From Piedraia hortae CBS 480.64 (Eukaryota): a DNA stretch of 48,393 bases. The stretch covers positions 1 through 48,393 of the forward strand of contig MU006034.1 of the NCBI GenBank assembly GCA_010093745.1, written 5' to 3'. The position numbers and the translations under genes are program-made. Shown here piece by piece: positions 22,504 to 33,110 of the stretch (its first letter is position 1; the number at the start of each line of letters is the position of its first letter). Below the pieces are notes generated by a model. The model was given only the letters and a program-made list of their open reading frames with translations, searched no databases and was not told where the DNA came from.

Positions 22504-23907
22504 CTACGTCACCGCAGGCAGTATATCCGGCCTCGCATCTAAAAACGGTCTCTCATCAGCCTCGTCATCCTCCATTCCATCCGACGAGACCGTCTGGCCA
22601 TCACTTAATGACAAACTCAACGCATGTTTCCTCACAAACGCATCCCTCTGCGCCTGCGAATTCGTCAAGGCTTTGAGATCCTCGTACCAAGCGAGCATGG
22701 TGTCCCTACTTTCCGCTCTTAAAATCCAATTCGGCCCGCTATTCCCGCCCCGTCGCGCCGAGGGTCGACCTTTGAGCATAAACTTGTGGCTTGCGGCTAG
22801 GGGTTCGGATGTTGAGCCTAATTTGTGCTCTTCAAGCGGGAGGGACATTACCGGCGCGCCGAGTTTGTCTGCGGATTTGAACTCGTGGAGGTGGGTGGGG
22901 GAGAGGATGTACCACCCCGGTGTGTAGGATTTGAGGAATTTGCTTTTGCGTTCGAGCATGCCCGAGCGGAGCTCGCTGACGGATGGGTCGTCTTTGCCGG
23001 GGTAAGTGAGTTCGTCGCTGTTGCGGAGAGGGAGACGGGGGTCGGCGAGGGAGGGTTCGTTGTTGACGAAAAGGGTCCATTCTTGGTCTCGGGGGGCGGA
23101 GATGGGGCCCCCTCGGAGGTCGTTGACGAGGGTTTGGGCTTCGTCTGCTTCGCGTTTGAGAATTCCGGAGAGGGCGTTGTAGGCTTTCTGGATTTCGCCT
23201 ACGATGATGGAATCGAGTTCGCGGCCGGAGCTCTCGATGTTGATGTGGGCTTGGTGGAGGTAGTTTTCTTCGTCGATTTGGCGCCCTACGGCGCGGTCGA
23301 CGGCAAGACGGAGGAGATATGGGTCTTCTTTCCCGTGGCTGTTTGGTTTGAGTGCTTCGGTTAGTTTTTCGACTGCTTTGCGTGTGTGGGCTTGTTGTCT
23401 CTCGACCGAGTTCTTGAAATCTCCGCCGAGCTTGCGGATTTCTTTTACTTTGTGGCCCAAATCGTCACGTAGATCGGAGAGGGCGGCGACGATGTCGGCC
23501 TCGATTCTACTTGATTTTGTGGACTCGGCAGCAATGCGACGGTGGTATGCCTCCAACATGCCACTTGCATCGCCGAGGCCGCCCTCGAGAAATGGAGCGA
23601 GGACGGCGGCAGCTTGCAGCTTCTGCATGGCCCTTGCGCGGGCCTCATATGCCTGCTGCACTTCGCGGAAATACGCTATCAGCGACTTCAGCAGCTGTCG
23701 CCATGCCTGGAAGCGGTTTGCCAGGGCCTCGGTGGGAGAGCCTTGGGTGGGAATCGGCGTGAAAAGGACGCTGTGGAACGAGTTCTCCTCACTGCCATTT
23801 TTAATACTCCTAGTGCTACCAGCCTGCCGTTTCTTCAGCAGATTGGCATCGTCCATTGGGGGAAATCTGGCTGGGGAGTTTTGACTGCGGGGGTATCCAT
23901 GCGTCAT
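22504..23907 (-). CDS. SLM1: SLM1/SLM2-like BAR-PH domain phosphoinositide-binding protein
   Basis: Motifs PTQGSPTEALANRFQAWRQLLKSLIAYF, DPYLLRLAVDR..QIDEENYLH, and PH domain SGMLERKSKFLKSYTPGWYILSPTHLHEFKS...RAESRDTMLAWYEDLK. Confidence 0.85.
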   Translation of the reverse strand: MTHGYPRSQNSPARFPPMDDANLLKKRQAGSTRSIKNGSEENSFHSVLFTPIPTQGSPTEALANRFQAWRQLLKSLIAYFREVQQAYEARARAMQKLQAAAVLAPFLEGGLGDASGMLEAYHRRIAAESTKSSRIEADIVAALSDLRDDLGHKVKEIRKLGGDFKNSVERQQAHTRKAVEKLTEALKPNSHGKEDPYLLRLAVDRAVGRQIDEENYLHQAHINIESSGRELDSIIVGEIQKAYNALSGILKREADEAQTLVNDLRGGPISAPRDQEWTLFVNNEPSLADPRLPLRNSDELTYPGKDDPSVSELRSGMLERKSKFLKSYTPGWYILSPTHLHEFKSADKLGAPVMSLPLEEHKLGSTSEPLAASHKFMLKGRPSARRGGNSGPNWILRAESRDTMLAWYEDLKALTNSQAQRDAFVRKHALSLSLSDGQTVSSDGMEDDEADERPFLDARPDILPAVT

Positions 23908-23969
23908 CGTTTTCCATGTAATCTACCCTACAACCTTAAGGCCACGCCTACTCTGCCTAGGAGTTTGAG

Positions 23970-25421
23970 CTACCTATAAGCGAACCGCGCCCAGTCAGCC
24001 TTGATCAATCCAGTTTTCATCACTCTCTCGTCACTCTCCGGAGTCGCCGGAACGAGCATCTCTTCGCTTCCTCGTACTTTTGGTGGCGTTTTGATAGGCG
24101 ATCGAGGCACCAACACCTCCTTCTCCACGTACACTTCCATCTTTGCCCTTTTCCTAGCCTTGTCCTCTGTGTCGGGAGTGGGAAAGAAGCGACTTGTCTC
24201 TCCAGCCTCCGTGTCTGAGCAAAGCCGCCGTTTCTTAGACGGTACTGAGACCGGTGTAGCCACCCACGAAGACGGCCGTCTATCCAACAGTCGCTGCTGA
24301 CTGGGCGAAGGCGTGAACGTGTTAGGATCCTTTTCCGCCAACGGAGTTCGTTTGAAAAACTCGGTAATAGTAACGCCCTTTGGGCCCTTCGAATCCGGCG
24401 TCTTAACCGATGCTCGTAGAGGAATTTTGGTATTCGGATCCAGCTGACCCAGAGCAACAGCAACCGCCAACTCCGGCTCAACGTATTTTCCAATATAAGG
24501 CATATCCGCCACATCCAGTTCAGCCGGGACTGGAGTGAGGTTGACCAACACTCTGTCAACAGGACAGTAAACCCACTGATAGAGAAAAGTGCGTTCGGCG
24601 CGTTTGAACGACTCGAGATAGTCCTTTGGTACCTTTGATTTCCCATCGAATTGGATGACCCTCACAACCTTCTCGATCGTCTTGTGCTTCCTCACCAGAC
24701 GATACGCCGTCTTCAGTCCAATCTTGTCGATCCCAGGGAGATAATCACACCCGCTCAGCATCGCCATGGTGCGAAACTCAGCGTCCGTCCAACCCGCAAG
24801 GTTAATTTCCCTACACGCGGTGAAATCCCGTCTCAGAATGACCACACACTCTCCATGCGCATCCATCTTGGTCAAGAGACATTTGGTTCCAAAGACGAGC
24901 AAATCCGAATCCTCACTGATGATGCCATCGACCAGGCCGCTCTTCTCCAAAAACACGAGCTGCGAATCGGCCTCATACGGGGCAACAATATACGGCACCT
25001 GCAACTTCTTGAGTTCGTCAATCAACTCCCTCGCCATGGCAGGCGTGACATCGACCGCCTTCTGTAGCTCGGCATGAGCTTGGGCAAGCCGTCCCGTCTT
25101 CATCAGCTCCAGCCCCAGTTTCCGCGCTTCCCTGCGCCGTTGCGCCCGTTCCTTCTCCGTGTGCGCCTTGCTAGGTAGGTAATCCCCATCGAAGACCAAA
25201 AACGGCTTGACGCCAAAGTGCAGGAGCATGCGCACGCGGTTCAGGGCAAACTCAATGTGTTTACGCGTCGGCTTGCCCTGCGCGAGCTCGACGGCGCAGG
25301 CGACGGTGCCGCGATGGAGCCATCCGTACGCGTCAACCCCCAACGTCTGGCCTTGGAAGCTGCGCAGATGCGACGGCTTATGGATGCTTTTCAGCAGCGG
25401 GAGGAGGCCGGAGATGCCCAT
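23970..25421 (-). CDS. EXO1: Exonuclease 1 (XPG/FEN1 family)
   Basis: Motifs MGISGLLPLLKSI, GVDAYGWLHRG, VFDGDYLPSK, VAPYEADSQL, SEDSDLLVFG, LSGCDYLPGI and a C-terminal SRFF (MIP-box-like). Confidence 0.95.
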   Translation of the reverse strand: MGISGLLPLLKSIHKPSHLRSFQGQTLGVDAYGWLHRGTVACAVELAQGKPTRKHIEFALNRVRMLLHFGVKPFLVFDGDYLPSKAHTEKERAQRRREARKLGLELMKTGRLAQAHAELQKAVDVTPAMARELIDELKKLQVPYIVAPYEADSQLVFLEKSGLVDGIISEDSDLLVFGTKCLLTKMDAHGECVVILRRDFTACREINLAGWTDAEFRTMAMLSGCDYLPGIDKIGLKTAYRLVRKHKTIEKVVRVIQFDGKSKVPKDYLESFKRAERTFLYQWVYCPVDRVLVNLTPVPAELDVADMPYIGKYVEPELAVAVALGQLDPNTKIPLRASVKTPDSKGPKGVTITEFFKRTPLAEKDPNTFTPSPSQQRLLDRRPSSWVATPVSVPSKKRRLCSDTEAGETSRFFPTPDTEDKARKRAKMEVYVEKEVLVPRSPIKTPPKVRGSEEMLVPATPESDERVMKTGLIKADWARFAYR

Positions 25422-25630
25422 TGTTGTCTTTGCTGCATTCAGATCATGGTGGAACTGGTAGGGTGGTAGGGAACTGCGTCTGGCGCGTCGCGATGCGTTT
25501 AAAATGCAGATGAGGCATTTATCACGTCATCAAAGCTGTGACATTTGATTGGGCAGCCCTTTCCTAGCTTGGACTAGCGCCTCTACCTGCACACACCCAC
25601 ATCAGAAATTATTGAATTTTGAGCACGGAA

Positions 25631-26188
25631 ATGGCGCAGTTGAACAAGGTCCAAAAATCACTACAGAAGAAGAAGAAGCGGACGATAACTGCGCTGCACC
25701 CAAAAAGCAGGGACGCGCATCGTCTCTCTCGCGCTCAAGCCCGCGATGATCGCGTAGCCAAAACAGTCTCTGCCCGCCAAAAGGCCAACAGACCCTGGCT
25801 TGAGAGGGTCGAGTTTTTTCAGTCAAAGATTCTTCCCGCAGAGTGGAATGAAATGGACTTGGACGACCGATCCACAGGTGATGCTCGGTCGTTGATTAAA
25901 GAGTTCATCGCAAGACACGACGATGAATTAGCAAGTTTACAGAAGGACAGACGGCCCGGAAGACCGCCGGCCCAGAGACAAGTGCTGCTTGAGCAGCAGA
26001 AGGAGAGGGAGACCAGCGAGTTCAAGTCTGGATTCTGGGTGCCAGATCTCCTTGACCAAAAGACGAGGGAAAAGTTGATGGAGTGGAAGAAGAATGACTG
26101 GTTGGGTCTGTCGAATCTCAATTTCAAGAGAGTCGACGATGAGGGCAAGGTACGTGAGAGTGATTTCCCCCCAAAGGGAGCTGAGTGA
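25631..26188 (+). CDS. TMA16: Translation machinery-associated protein 16
   Basis: Motifs LHPKSRDAHRL, RRPGRPP and EFKSGFWVPDL. Confidence 0.85.
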   Translation: MAQLNKVQKSLQKKKKRTITALHPKSRDAHRLSRAQARDDRVAKTVSARQKANRPWLERVEFFQSKILPAEWNEMDLDDRSTGDARSLIKEFIARHDDELASLQKDRRPGRPPAQRQVLLEQQKERETSEFKSGFWVPDLLDQKTREKLMEWKKNDWLGLSNLNFKRVDDEGKVRESDFPPKGAE

Positions 26189-26210
26189 TTACCGTGTATA
26201 ATGTACAAAC

Positions 26211-27315
26211 TCAACGCTGAGCCATTCGCTTGCCGATCTCATAGCTGGATATCATTATGGCACAAGCGGGGGCCACTTTGAGACACCGCGCTGCACCGCC
26301 GCGGAACAGTCCGCTCGTGCCTTCTGTTTGGAAAATGTGCCACAGGAAGCGTGGCATACTCCTCCGCTGCTCGGGCGAGTTGCCCGTCTGACGTCGAGTC
26401 TTGCCCACATCAAACGGCGTCGTGACAAATGCCGCAGCGGCTCCCGAGACGGCTCCCGCAACGAACGAGTCTGCGAAAAGCGCGCCGTGGGAGAGCCCCG
26501 TCTGCTCCTTGTGAAGCGTCCGATTCAGCTGCCTACGACCCGTCTCATAACCCCACCAGTAAAGAGCAGAGAAAGGAACGTCCCGCCACAGCGTCAGTGA
26601 CAGTCCGCGCCAGAGGACTCTGTAGCCCTCCGCGCTTACCATGTCCCGCAGACCCAACACCGTTGCCCTCATGACGCTCTTCTCCTTTGTCGTGACCGCC
26701 TGCATTCGCGTCCGTAGCATCTCAATGGGAGAGACCACGACGGCGGCTATAGAACGAACAACAGTACCGCCAATGAGTGGCTGGTAGGCCTCCGGTACAC
26801 AGTCCCTCATCGGACTTTGTCGACTTGTCCGCAGCCAGTCGTAGCCAGCAAAGTAGATGACGTTTCCTGGTACGGACATGGCCAGCGTCGGGCTGAGGCC
26901 CGTCCATAGCGCCCGCAACCCTTCGTTTCGCGCAATTTTCCGGAGACCGTCGGCGGTCGAGTAAAAGGTGCGCCGCTGGCTTTCCGCTGCCGCACAGTCA
27001 GCGGTAAGCCGTTGATCAATGACGGGAACAGCGCAGAAGTTGGAGTGGTTCTGCATCCAAAACACTTCGCGACAGCATGCCGTCACTCCGATGTTTGGCG
27101 GCAGGTGAAGGAAGGAGGATGCGCGGATGGTGGACGGACCCTTTTGCGCCTGCAGTCGCACTCGCACCACATCGAGCGGCGTTACTGGGGCTGTTAGTTG
27201 GGTCTGAATACTGGAAAGCACTTGAGAAAGACCTACCAAGCAAGGAGGTGAATATACTGCCGCTCACGGCACTCAGCATCTTCTGTCCAACGCTAATGTC
27301 GTCACCCTTGTCCAT
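26211..27315 (-). CDS. MTM1: Mitochondrial carrier, MTM1/SLC25A39-40 type; 2 exons
   Basis: QKMLSAVSGSIFTSLLV|TPLDVVRVRLQ across the intron at 27185-27236. Also CCREVF, LWTGLSPTL..SVPGNVIYF.GY, LWRDVPFSALYW and KVAPACAIMISSYE. Confidence 0.9.
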
Positions 27316-27529
27316 GTCGTCACTGCGCCCCGCCGCCGCGTCCGCGGCAGCGTTGGGTTCAGCAGCCAGTACAAAAGGAGCCTTGGAATCCAGTTGGAGA
27401 AGTGTTTGAGGAGTCGATCTGTTCGCTGACTCGGGCAGCTTCGGCTTCGGCAACTTTTTTTCCCAACTTGGAAAAATTACGTCAGAGGCTGCACTCCAGT
27501 ATCTGACTTTATCGTTGCATATGGTCATG

Positions 27530-28716
27530 CTATTGACCTTGTAAGGTGGCTAACAAATTGTTCCACCCTCCCAGGTCATACAGATTGTCTACATCTTTCA
27601 GGCTCCAGATTTGCTTCCACAATGCTTCTTCACCTTTTGGCGGCTGTCCATCACACGTTCTGATGATGACTTGATCGCCTTCTGCACCGCTCTTACATGG
27701 CGCATCATAGCCGCTGCGTCCCTTGAGAGTCTCTCGATCGGATTTCCAAACGCACCCATCACTCATGTCATCCCGCCAGTCGGCCCATTTCTGGGATTCG
27801 TTGGTCGTCATACCTGCCCAGATAAGATACAGATGGTAAAGCAACAGTGCGAGTGGCAGTGGAGCGGTAAATGCAGCCAACATGCCAACCCCTGCGATTG
27901 AAAGGCCGCCTTGATCCATGAGCTCGACAAAGTTCCAGCCTAAGTCGTCCCAGTACTCTGCTGAGAGCCAAGAGACGCCTTGCAGGGGATTATAGTATGG
28001 TTTCAAGATGTACCAACTCAGATATGCCCCGTATGCTTGCAGTGTTGTGAGAGACAACAGCAGGGCGAGAAAGTATCGATGATTTCCTCTGCCAACGCAA
28101 TTATTGATCCATGGACAGTGGTGGTCGCATTTGGCCACACAGCCTCGACAGAAGCTGCAGTGCTTCGATCGGGCAGGCTTGATGAGGTTACATGTCGAAC
28201 ACACGACTCCAGGCCTGTATAAGAGGTGATCGAATGGATAGTCTTTGATCCTCGCCTCATGGTTCTTGGGAACGATCATATGCTTCCTGTCCGTAACACA
28301 GAGATAGGTAAAGTAGTAAGGCAGCCCCAGCAGAATGGGAACAGGAAGAAGAAGATGCCACGGCAGGAGTGAGGGACCGTGGCAGAGAAACAGAAGCGAA
28401 CTCCCCGTTAGCACAAACAGGAATACAATCTGTTTGCTGTTAAGAGATCCCTTCATCTCGGATTGATACATACCAGCACGATTGGATTCTTTTCGTAGAA
28501 CAGATATTCGTTTAGTCTTGAAAGTCTTGCAGCGACTGCACCACCGCTAATTCGTCTATCTGCCGCTTTCATACCACCCGGTACATGGATACACAGCATT
28601 CGGTACATCCATCCTATCGGTGATTTTGTTAGAGCGGGCAGTTGGCCAAAGAGAGCGATGAATGTCAAGGCACTGATGCCAACGACAGCAAGCAGCATGC
28701 CATTGAAAGATTCCAT
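27530..28716 (-). CDS. SWF1: DHHC palmitoyltransferase Swf1; 2 exons
   Basis: N-terminal [16 protein letters not shown]; intron at 28430-28473; [18 protein letters not shown]...[29 protein letters not shown]. Confidence 0.9.
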
Positions 28717-28836
28717 CGCAATTGCATGTTCGTCGATCGCTTGTTGCTTTTTCTTTTCTTGTTTGAGCCCATGGATCGCTTAGTCAGCAGCCTACTTGTG
28801 GGATAAGGCTCCCAGAACTTGGCCATCTATCCTACA

Positions 28837-30417
28837 ATGTCCGACCTACCAGATACCGCCGAGCTAGATGCGTTTCGTGCAGAATGGAAGGCTGAGGTAT
28901 CGAAGAAAAAGGCTGAGCATCAGGCCCGCCCTCTTCCCGCAAATCCAAGACCACGAACTGCTTCATCCGACTCAACCAGGCTGGCACCAACCAAACCACC
29001 AAGTAAGGAAGCGAAAACAGCGGAACCAGTTCGACAAATTGAAGAAAAACTCAGCTCTCTCCACCTCAAAAAGGCCGAAAAAGAACCCAGCTCCGCGCTA
29101 GAGCACTACGAGCGTGCCGTGGAGAAAGAATCCGTGGGCCAACTAGGTGAAAGTATCCACCACTACCGCGCAGCATTCAGACTCGACAGCAGCATCCAAG
29201 AAGCCTACCGAGAAAAGTACTTTCCTCCCAATGCCAGCCCATCAGAAGATAAATCCCCTGCTCCCGTTACTCCAGTCCCACGCCCTCACCCATCCGAAAC
29301 CCTCCCTAAGATCCACGACCTGATAACCTCCTTTTCCACCTCATCCATCCTCCCCCCTCCCGACTCAACTGCAGGGTGCCCCCTATCCGCCCTCCCCCCT
29401 GAACTCCTCCATCTCATCATCCAAGAAATCGCATTAACAGACATCGCGACCCTCTCACCCCTAAGCCAAACCTGCAAATCCCTCGCCTACACCATCCACA
29501 CGAGCGACAAAACCATATGGAAGCGAACCCTCTTGAGCAAAAAATTCGGCCTGGGCGGGATGTACTCACAATTCACCATCGACCTCAAGGGCTACCCTCT
29601 CCAAGGCCAGACGCTTACAGAAAATCCCGCCCAACCCCTTGACATAACCACCCCCCCCCACCTCAGCCTCTCGCCTAGCATGACCTACCGCGAAGCAATG
29701 CACACCCTCCCAAGGATCCGCTTCGAGGGGGTGTACATTTCGACGGTGAACTATACCCGTCCGGGTTTACATTCGACGAATACCCTAACCTGGGGCGCGC
29801 CGGTGCATGTGGTTACGTATTATCGCTACCTGAGGTTTTTCCGGGATGGGAGTGTTATCACACTCACGACGACGGCGGAGCCGAGTGAGGTTGTGTATAC
29901 TTTTGATAGGAATTTGGGGGGTAAGGAGGTGTTGAGGGGACGGTGGATGGTTGTGCCTGGGTGGAATGCGTCTGAGGGGAGGGGGGCGGGCGTTGAGGGT
30001 ACTTCGAGCGCGGGGAAATCCACCGTGGGGACGTCGATGGGAACGGCTGCGAATGGTTCATCCGTACACCCTCCCTCCCTCCTACCCATGGGTTCATCCG
30101 CCCGCCCACCCAAAAATCCATCCTCCCACCCGACCGAGGGTACGCCTGCCCCCCCACCCCGATCTTCTTCCCCACCCAAACAAGAAATTCTAATCGAAAC
30201 AAACGGCATCAACGAGCGATATACCTACCACATGCGTCTTTCTTTTGGCGGGCGGAACGCCACGGGAGCGAGGAATACAAAACTCAACTGGGTGGAATAC
30301 AAATGCTATAACCTCCTAACAGACGACTGGGCGGATTTTAGACTGAGGAATCATAGACCATTCTATTGGGCTAGAGTGGGGAGATTTGGTGTTGATCTTG
30401 ATGGCGTTAGGGAATAG
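28837..30417 (+). CDS. HRT3: F-box protein Hrt3/Pof7 (FBXO9-like)
   Basis: Motifs ELDAFRAEWKAEV, ALEHYERAVEKE..G.L.ESIHHYRAAFRLD, F-box LSALPPELL, PRIRFEGVYISTVNYTRPG and VHVVTYYRYLRFFRDG. Confidence 0.9.
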   Translation: MSDLPDTAELDAFRAEWKAEVSKKKAEHQARPLPANPRPRTASSDSTRLAPTKPPSKEAKTAEPVRQIEEKLSSLHLKKAEKEPSSALEHYERAVEKESVGQLGESIHHYRAAFRLDSSIQEAYREKYFPPNASPSEDKSPAPVTPVPRPHPSETLPKIHDLITSFSTSSILPPPDSTAGCPLSALPPELLHLIIQEIALTDIATLSPLSQTCKSLAYTIHTSDKTIWKRTLLSKKFGLGGMYSQFTIDLKGYPLQGQTLTENPAQPLDITTPPHLSLSPSMTYREAMHTLPRIRFEGVYISTVNYTRPGLHSTNTLTWGAPVHVVTYYRYLRFFRDGSVITLTTTAEPSEVVYTFDRNLGGKEVLRGRWMVVPGWNASEGRGAGVEGTSSAGKSTVGTSMGTAANGSSVHPPSLLPMGSSARPPKNPSSHPTEGTPAPPPRSSSPPKQEILIETNGINERYTYHMRLSFGGRNATGARNTKLNWVEYKCYNLLTDDWADFRLRNHRPFYWARVGRFGVDLDGVRE

Positions 30418-30516
30418 AATACCTATACTGGATTGCTCTACATATCGATACTCATATCGACTAAGAGGATGGAGAGATTATGCTTATGCATAGAACTATG
30501 TACATGTACAGACGAC

Positions 30517-32358
30517 TCAACCCCTCGAATCCGTATACAATATCTTCGAAATCGCCGACTGCAACTTCCTACTTTCCCTTGTATCCGGCAACTTCAACTC
30601 CTCTCCCATAACTCTATACTTCCCATTCGCATACCCCAACCCCTTCGCCCCCTCCTCCGCATGATCAACTCCCTCCACCTTCGCAACAACGATAACATGA
30701 TCCCCGACGCTTACACACTTCAGTAGATCAACAGTGCACCTCAACCTCGCCATGACACCCGCCCCATAAACCTCCGGTGGACCGTCGTCTACATCAACCC
30801 CGAACCCAAGCCTCTTCACATGATCAAACGCCTCGCGGGGGACTCCGTGGGGCTTCGTGAACACGGCAGCCAGCTCCGCGGCCTTTTCCGTTGCGGCGAG
30901 GAGGTGGATGCAGATTCTTTTCTTCGCGACAATGGCGTCCCAGGTCCGGGAGGGGAGTTTGACGTTGAAGCTTACTCTTGGTTCCGGTTGGAGACACACG
31001 CTGGTGAAGGATGAGGCTGTCATGCCCCGTGGCTCGGTCCTCTCGCCGGACGTTATGACTACCACGGGGTGCGTTAGTGGTCGGACGGCCGTGCGGACGG
31101 CTTCGGGGAGGGAGGGCTGCGCTCGTGCGTGGACGATAGCGTCTGGACGGATTTCGCGGAGTTTGGTTTGGATTTTTTGGGTGGCGGTTAGGATCTTGTC
31201 GGATGCGGAAGGGCCGGCCAGGGTGATGGACCCGCGGCGCGCGATGGTTATGGTGTAGTGCGTTTGGGCTTCGAGACGGCGAACTGTGTCCCCGTTGGCT
31301 CCGACGAGGTAGCCTAGCGCTGCTGCTTGGTCGGGTGTGTTGGTTAGGTGGAGGGAGAATTGGGCCTGGGGGCCGGTGTGTTGGAGTCGGGCTTCGGCGT
31401 CTCGGATGAGTTCTCGCGCGAGAATTCGCCCTTCAACAATGGCTGAGGGCGTGCCGTAGAGCTTGAGGTAACACTGTCCCGGACGTTCGGGGACGTCGTA
31501 CACCCTTATGTCGACGAGATCGGCTTGGCGTTTGACTCGGTGGAGGTTAACAAGCTGGTATATGTGCCTTTTGAGGCGGGATGGGAAGTTTAACTCGTCT
31601 CGAGGCGTGGGTCGTTTGATCTTGAAGTCCAGTATTGTGCGAACTCCGTTCCACACTTGTAGACGTCTTCCTCTGAGGGTTATTGTGCAAATATCGCCAT
31701 CGTGATGGCTGATTTCGACTTCTGCTCCGGATGTTATTACTATACTCGGTGCGATGTCTGCGGAAACGCCAACCTCGACGATATCCGTCCAGCCTTGATC
31801 GGAGTGTTGTCGAACGACAATCTCCCATTTGCCGATGGATGAAGACGGCTTTTCTTCGTATGACAATACCCTTGGCTTTCCCCCAGCCTCGTATTGTGCA
31901 AATTTCCTGTCAGACCTTATAAAGTGCAGAATATCAAATGCTTTTATCGTTGCAGCCGTCGTGCCCAACACCCTGATTAGACGCAGGGGTTCTCCTTTTT
32001 CACTGTGTACTTTTCCCATCTCGATATGCGCAACTTCATTCCGGCTCAACCTCTCCAGGTCGGGATCATATCTGGCCAAAAGGACTTGTGCACGATCTTC
32101 GGGCAATGCACACTCATACACCACATCTTTTCCCGCCTTATAGCGCACGGTGCCCTCGTATGCGCACAGGGAAGTAGACGGCGTCTCTTCTACCGCTTGA
32201 GGTCGCACATCGAATGTCTGTTTCTTCGGCCAGACTGTCCATTGCTCATCGGCTTGTGCGTCGAATCTTCGCCTCCCGGTGACATGATAGCTTCTATTCA
32301 GCACCGACCAGCGGTAAAAAGCCCTATAGAAGCTCCTGGCGGCGGGCGGAATGGCCAT
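30517..32358 (-). CDS. Probable mitochondrial protein with KH-like repeats and a C-terminal flavin reductase-like (FMN split-barrel) domain
   Basis: Arg-rich, acid-free N-terminus (MAIPPAARSFYRAFYRW...). KH-type GYLVGANGDTVRRLEAQTHYTITI. C-terminal PVVVITS...RGMTASSFTSVCLQP...VGDHVIVVAKV is typical of Flavin_Reduct. Confidence 0.75.
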   Translation of the reverse strand: MAIPPAARSFYRAFYRWSVLNRSYHVTGRRRFDAQADEQWTVWPKKQTFDVRPQAVEETPSTSLCAYEGTVRYKAGKDVVYECALPEDRAQVLLARYDPDLERLSRNEVAHIEMGKVHSEKGEPLRLIRVLGTTAATIKAFDILHFIRSDRKFAQYEAGGKPRVLSYEEKPSSSIGKWEIVVRQHSDQGWTDIVEVGVSADIAPSIVITSGAEVEISHHDGDICTITLRGRRLQVWNGVRTILDFKIKRPTPRDELNFPSRLKRHIYQLVNLHRVKRQADLVDIRVYDVPERPGQCYLKLYGTPSAIVEGRILARELIRDAEARLQHTGPQAQFSLHLTNTPDQAAALGYLVGANGDTVRRLEAQTHYTITIARRGSITLAGPSASDKILTATQKIQTKLREIRPDAIVHARAQPSLPEAVRTAVRPLTHPVVVITSGERTEPRGMTASSFTSVCLQPEPRVSFNVKLPSRTWDAIVAKKRICIHLLAATEKAAELAAVFTKPHGVPREAFDHVKRLGFGVDVDDGPPEVYGAGVMARLRCTVDLLKCVSVGDHVIVVAKVEGVDHAEEGAKGLGYANGKYRVMGEELKLPDTRESRKLQSAISKILYTDSRG

Positions 32359-32418
32359 GTTCCAGGGTGAGGTTTGGGGCGGGAAGATCCGCCCGCGGGA
32401 ATGCCAAGACTCGGCCGG

Positions 32419-32480
32419 CGACGACGACAACGACGACAACGACGACAACGACGACGACGACGACGACGACAACAACAACG
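32419..32480. repeat. Imperfect trinucleotide microsatellite (GAC/AAC)n in a divergent intergenic region
   Basis: Sequence gacgacgacaacgacgacaacgacgacaac...gacaacaacaac. Confidence 0.9.
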
Positions 32481-32485
32481 TCACG

Positions 32486-32973
32486 ATGTCCAGACCCCAG
32501 CCCTTTAGCTGCTTACGATGCGCATCAAAACGGCAGATCCGCCATGCATCCTACTTGAAACGTCCAAAGCGACCCTACACTTTCACCCAGCTCGTCACGC
32601 TGTCGGACGGCAGCACCTTTCTCCACCGAACAACCTCGCCGCAGCCGGTATACAAGAGCACAAAGGACACAAAAAACTCGGCGCTGTGGAATCCGAGTAG
32701 TCAGAAACTGTTGAATGTGGAGGAGGATGTTGCGGGCAGGCTTAAAAGGTTCAGACAACGGTTTGGTCGCGGTTTCGATGCCGCTGCATTGGAGCAGGGT
32801 GAAGACGTATGTTTGTCTCTATCAGATGCGCCAGAACGATGCTGACAGAACTATAGACGGCAGATGCCGCCCAGAATGCAGCCGATCAAGAGGAAAGCTT
32901 GATGGATCTCATCTCGGGATTCGCAGAGCCAGCTCAGGCTGACAAGGAGAAGAAGGAAAAGGGAAAGAAATGA
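32486..32973 (+). CDS. MRPL36: Mitochondrial ribosomal protein bL31m (YmL36); 2 exons
   Basis: Motif RPKRPYTFTQLVTLSDGSTFLHRTTSPQPVYKSTKDTKNSALWNPS...GRLKRFRQRFGRGFD. Intron at 32807-32856; ends ESLMDLISGF...KGKK*. Confidence 0.9.
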
Positions 32974-33110
32974 TGTCTTCCGGTAATGCGCAAATAGCTG
33001 TACGATAGAAGTTGCAAGAGACATGACGGCCCGGCCCGCATCGCTCAACCGCCGTCACTCATCAAGGATCCGCATGGCGCCGGGCGAGTTGCGCTGGCGT
33101 CTGGTGTATA

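Noticed and set aside
2608..25421. Functional cluster of genome-maintenance genes (DPB2, DAM1, EXO1)
   Set aside because: They are interspersed with unrelated housekeeping genes, consistent with ordinary eukaryotic gene order.
32359..32485. Poly-Ser or poly-Asp N-termini on the two divergent ORFs
   Set aside because: Both are translations of the intergenic microsatellite; better ATG starts exist at 32358 and 32486.
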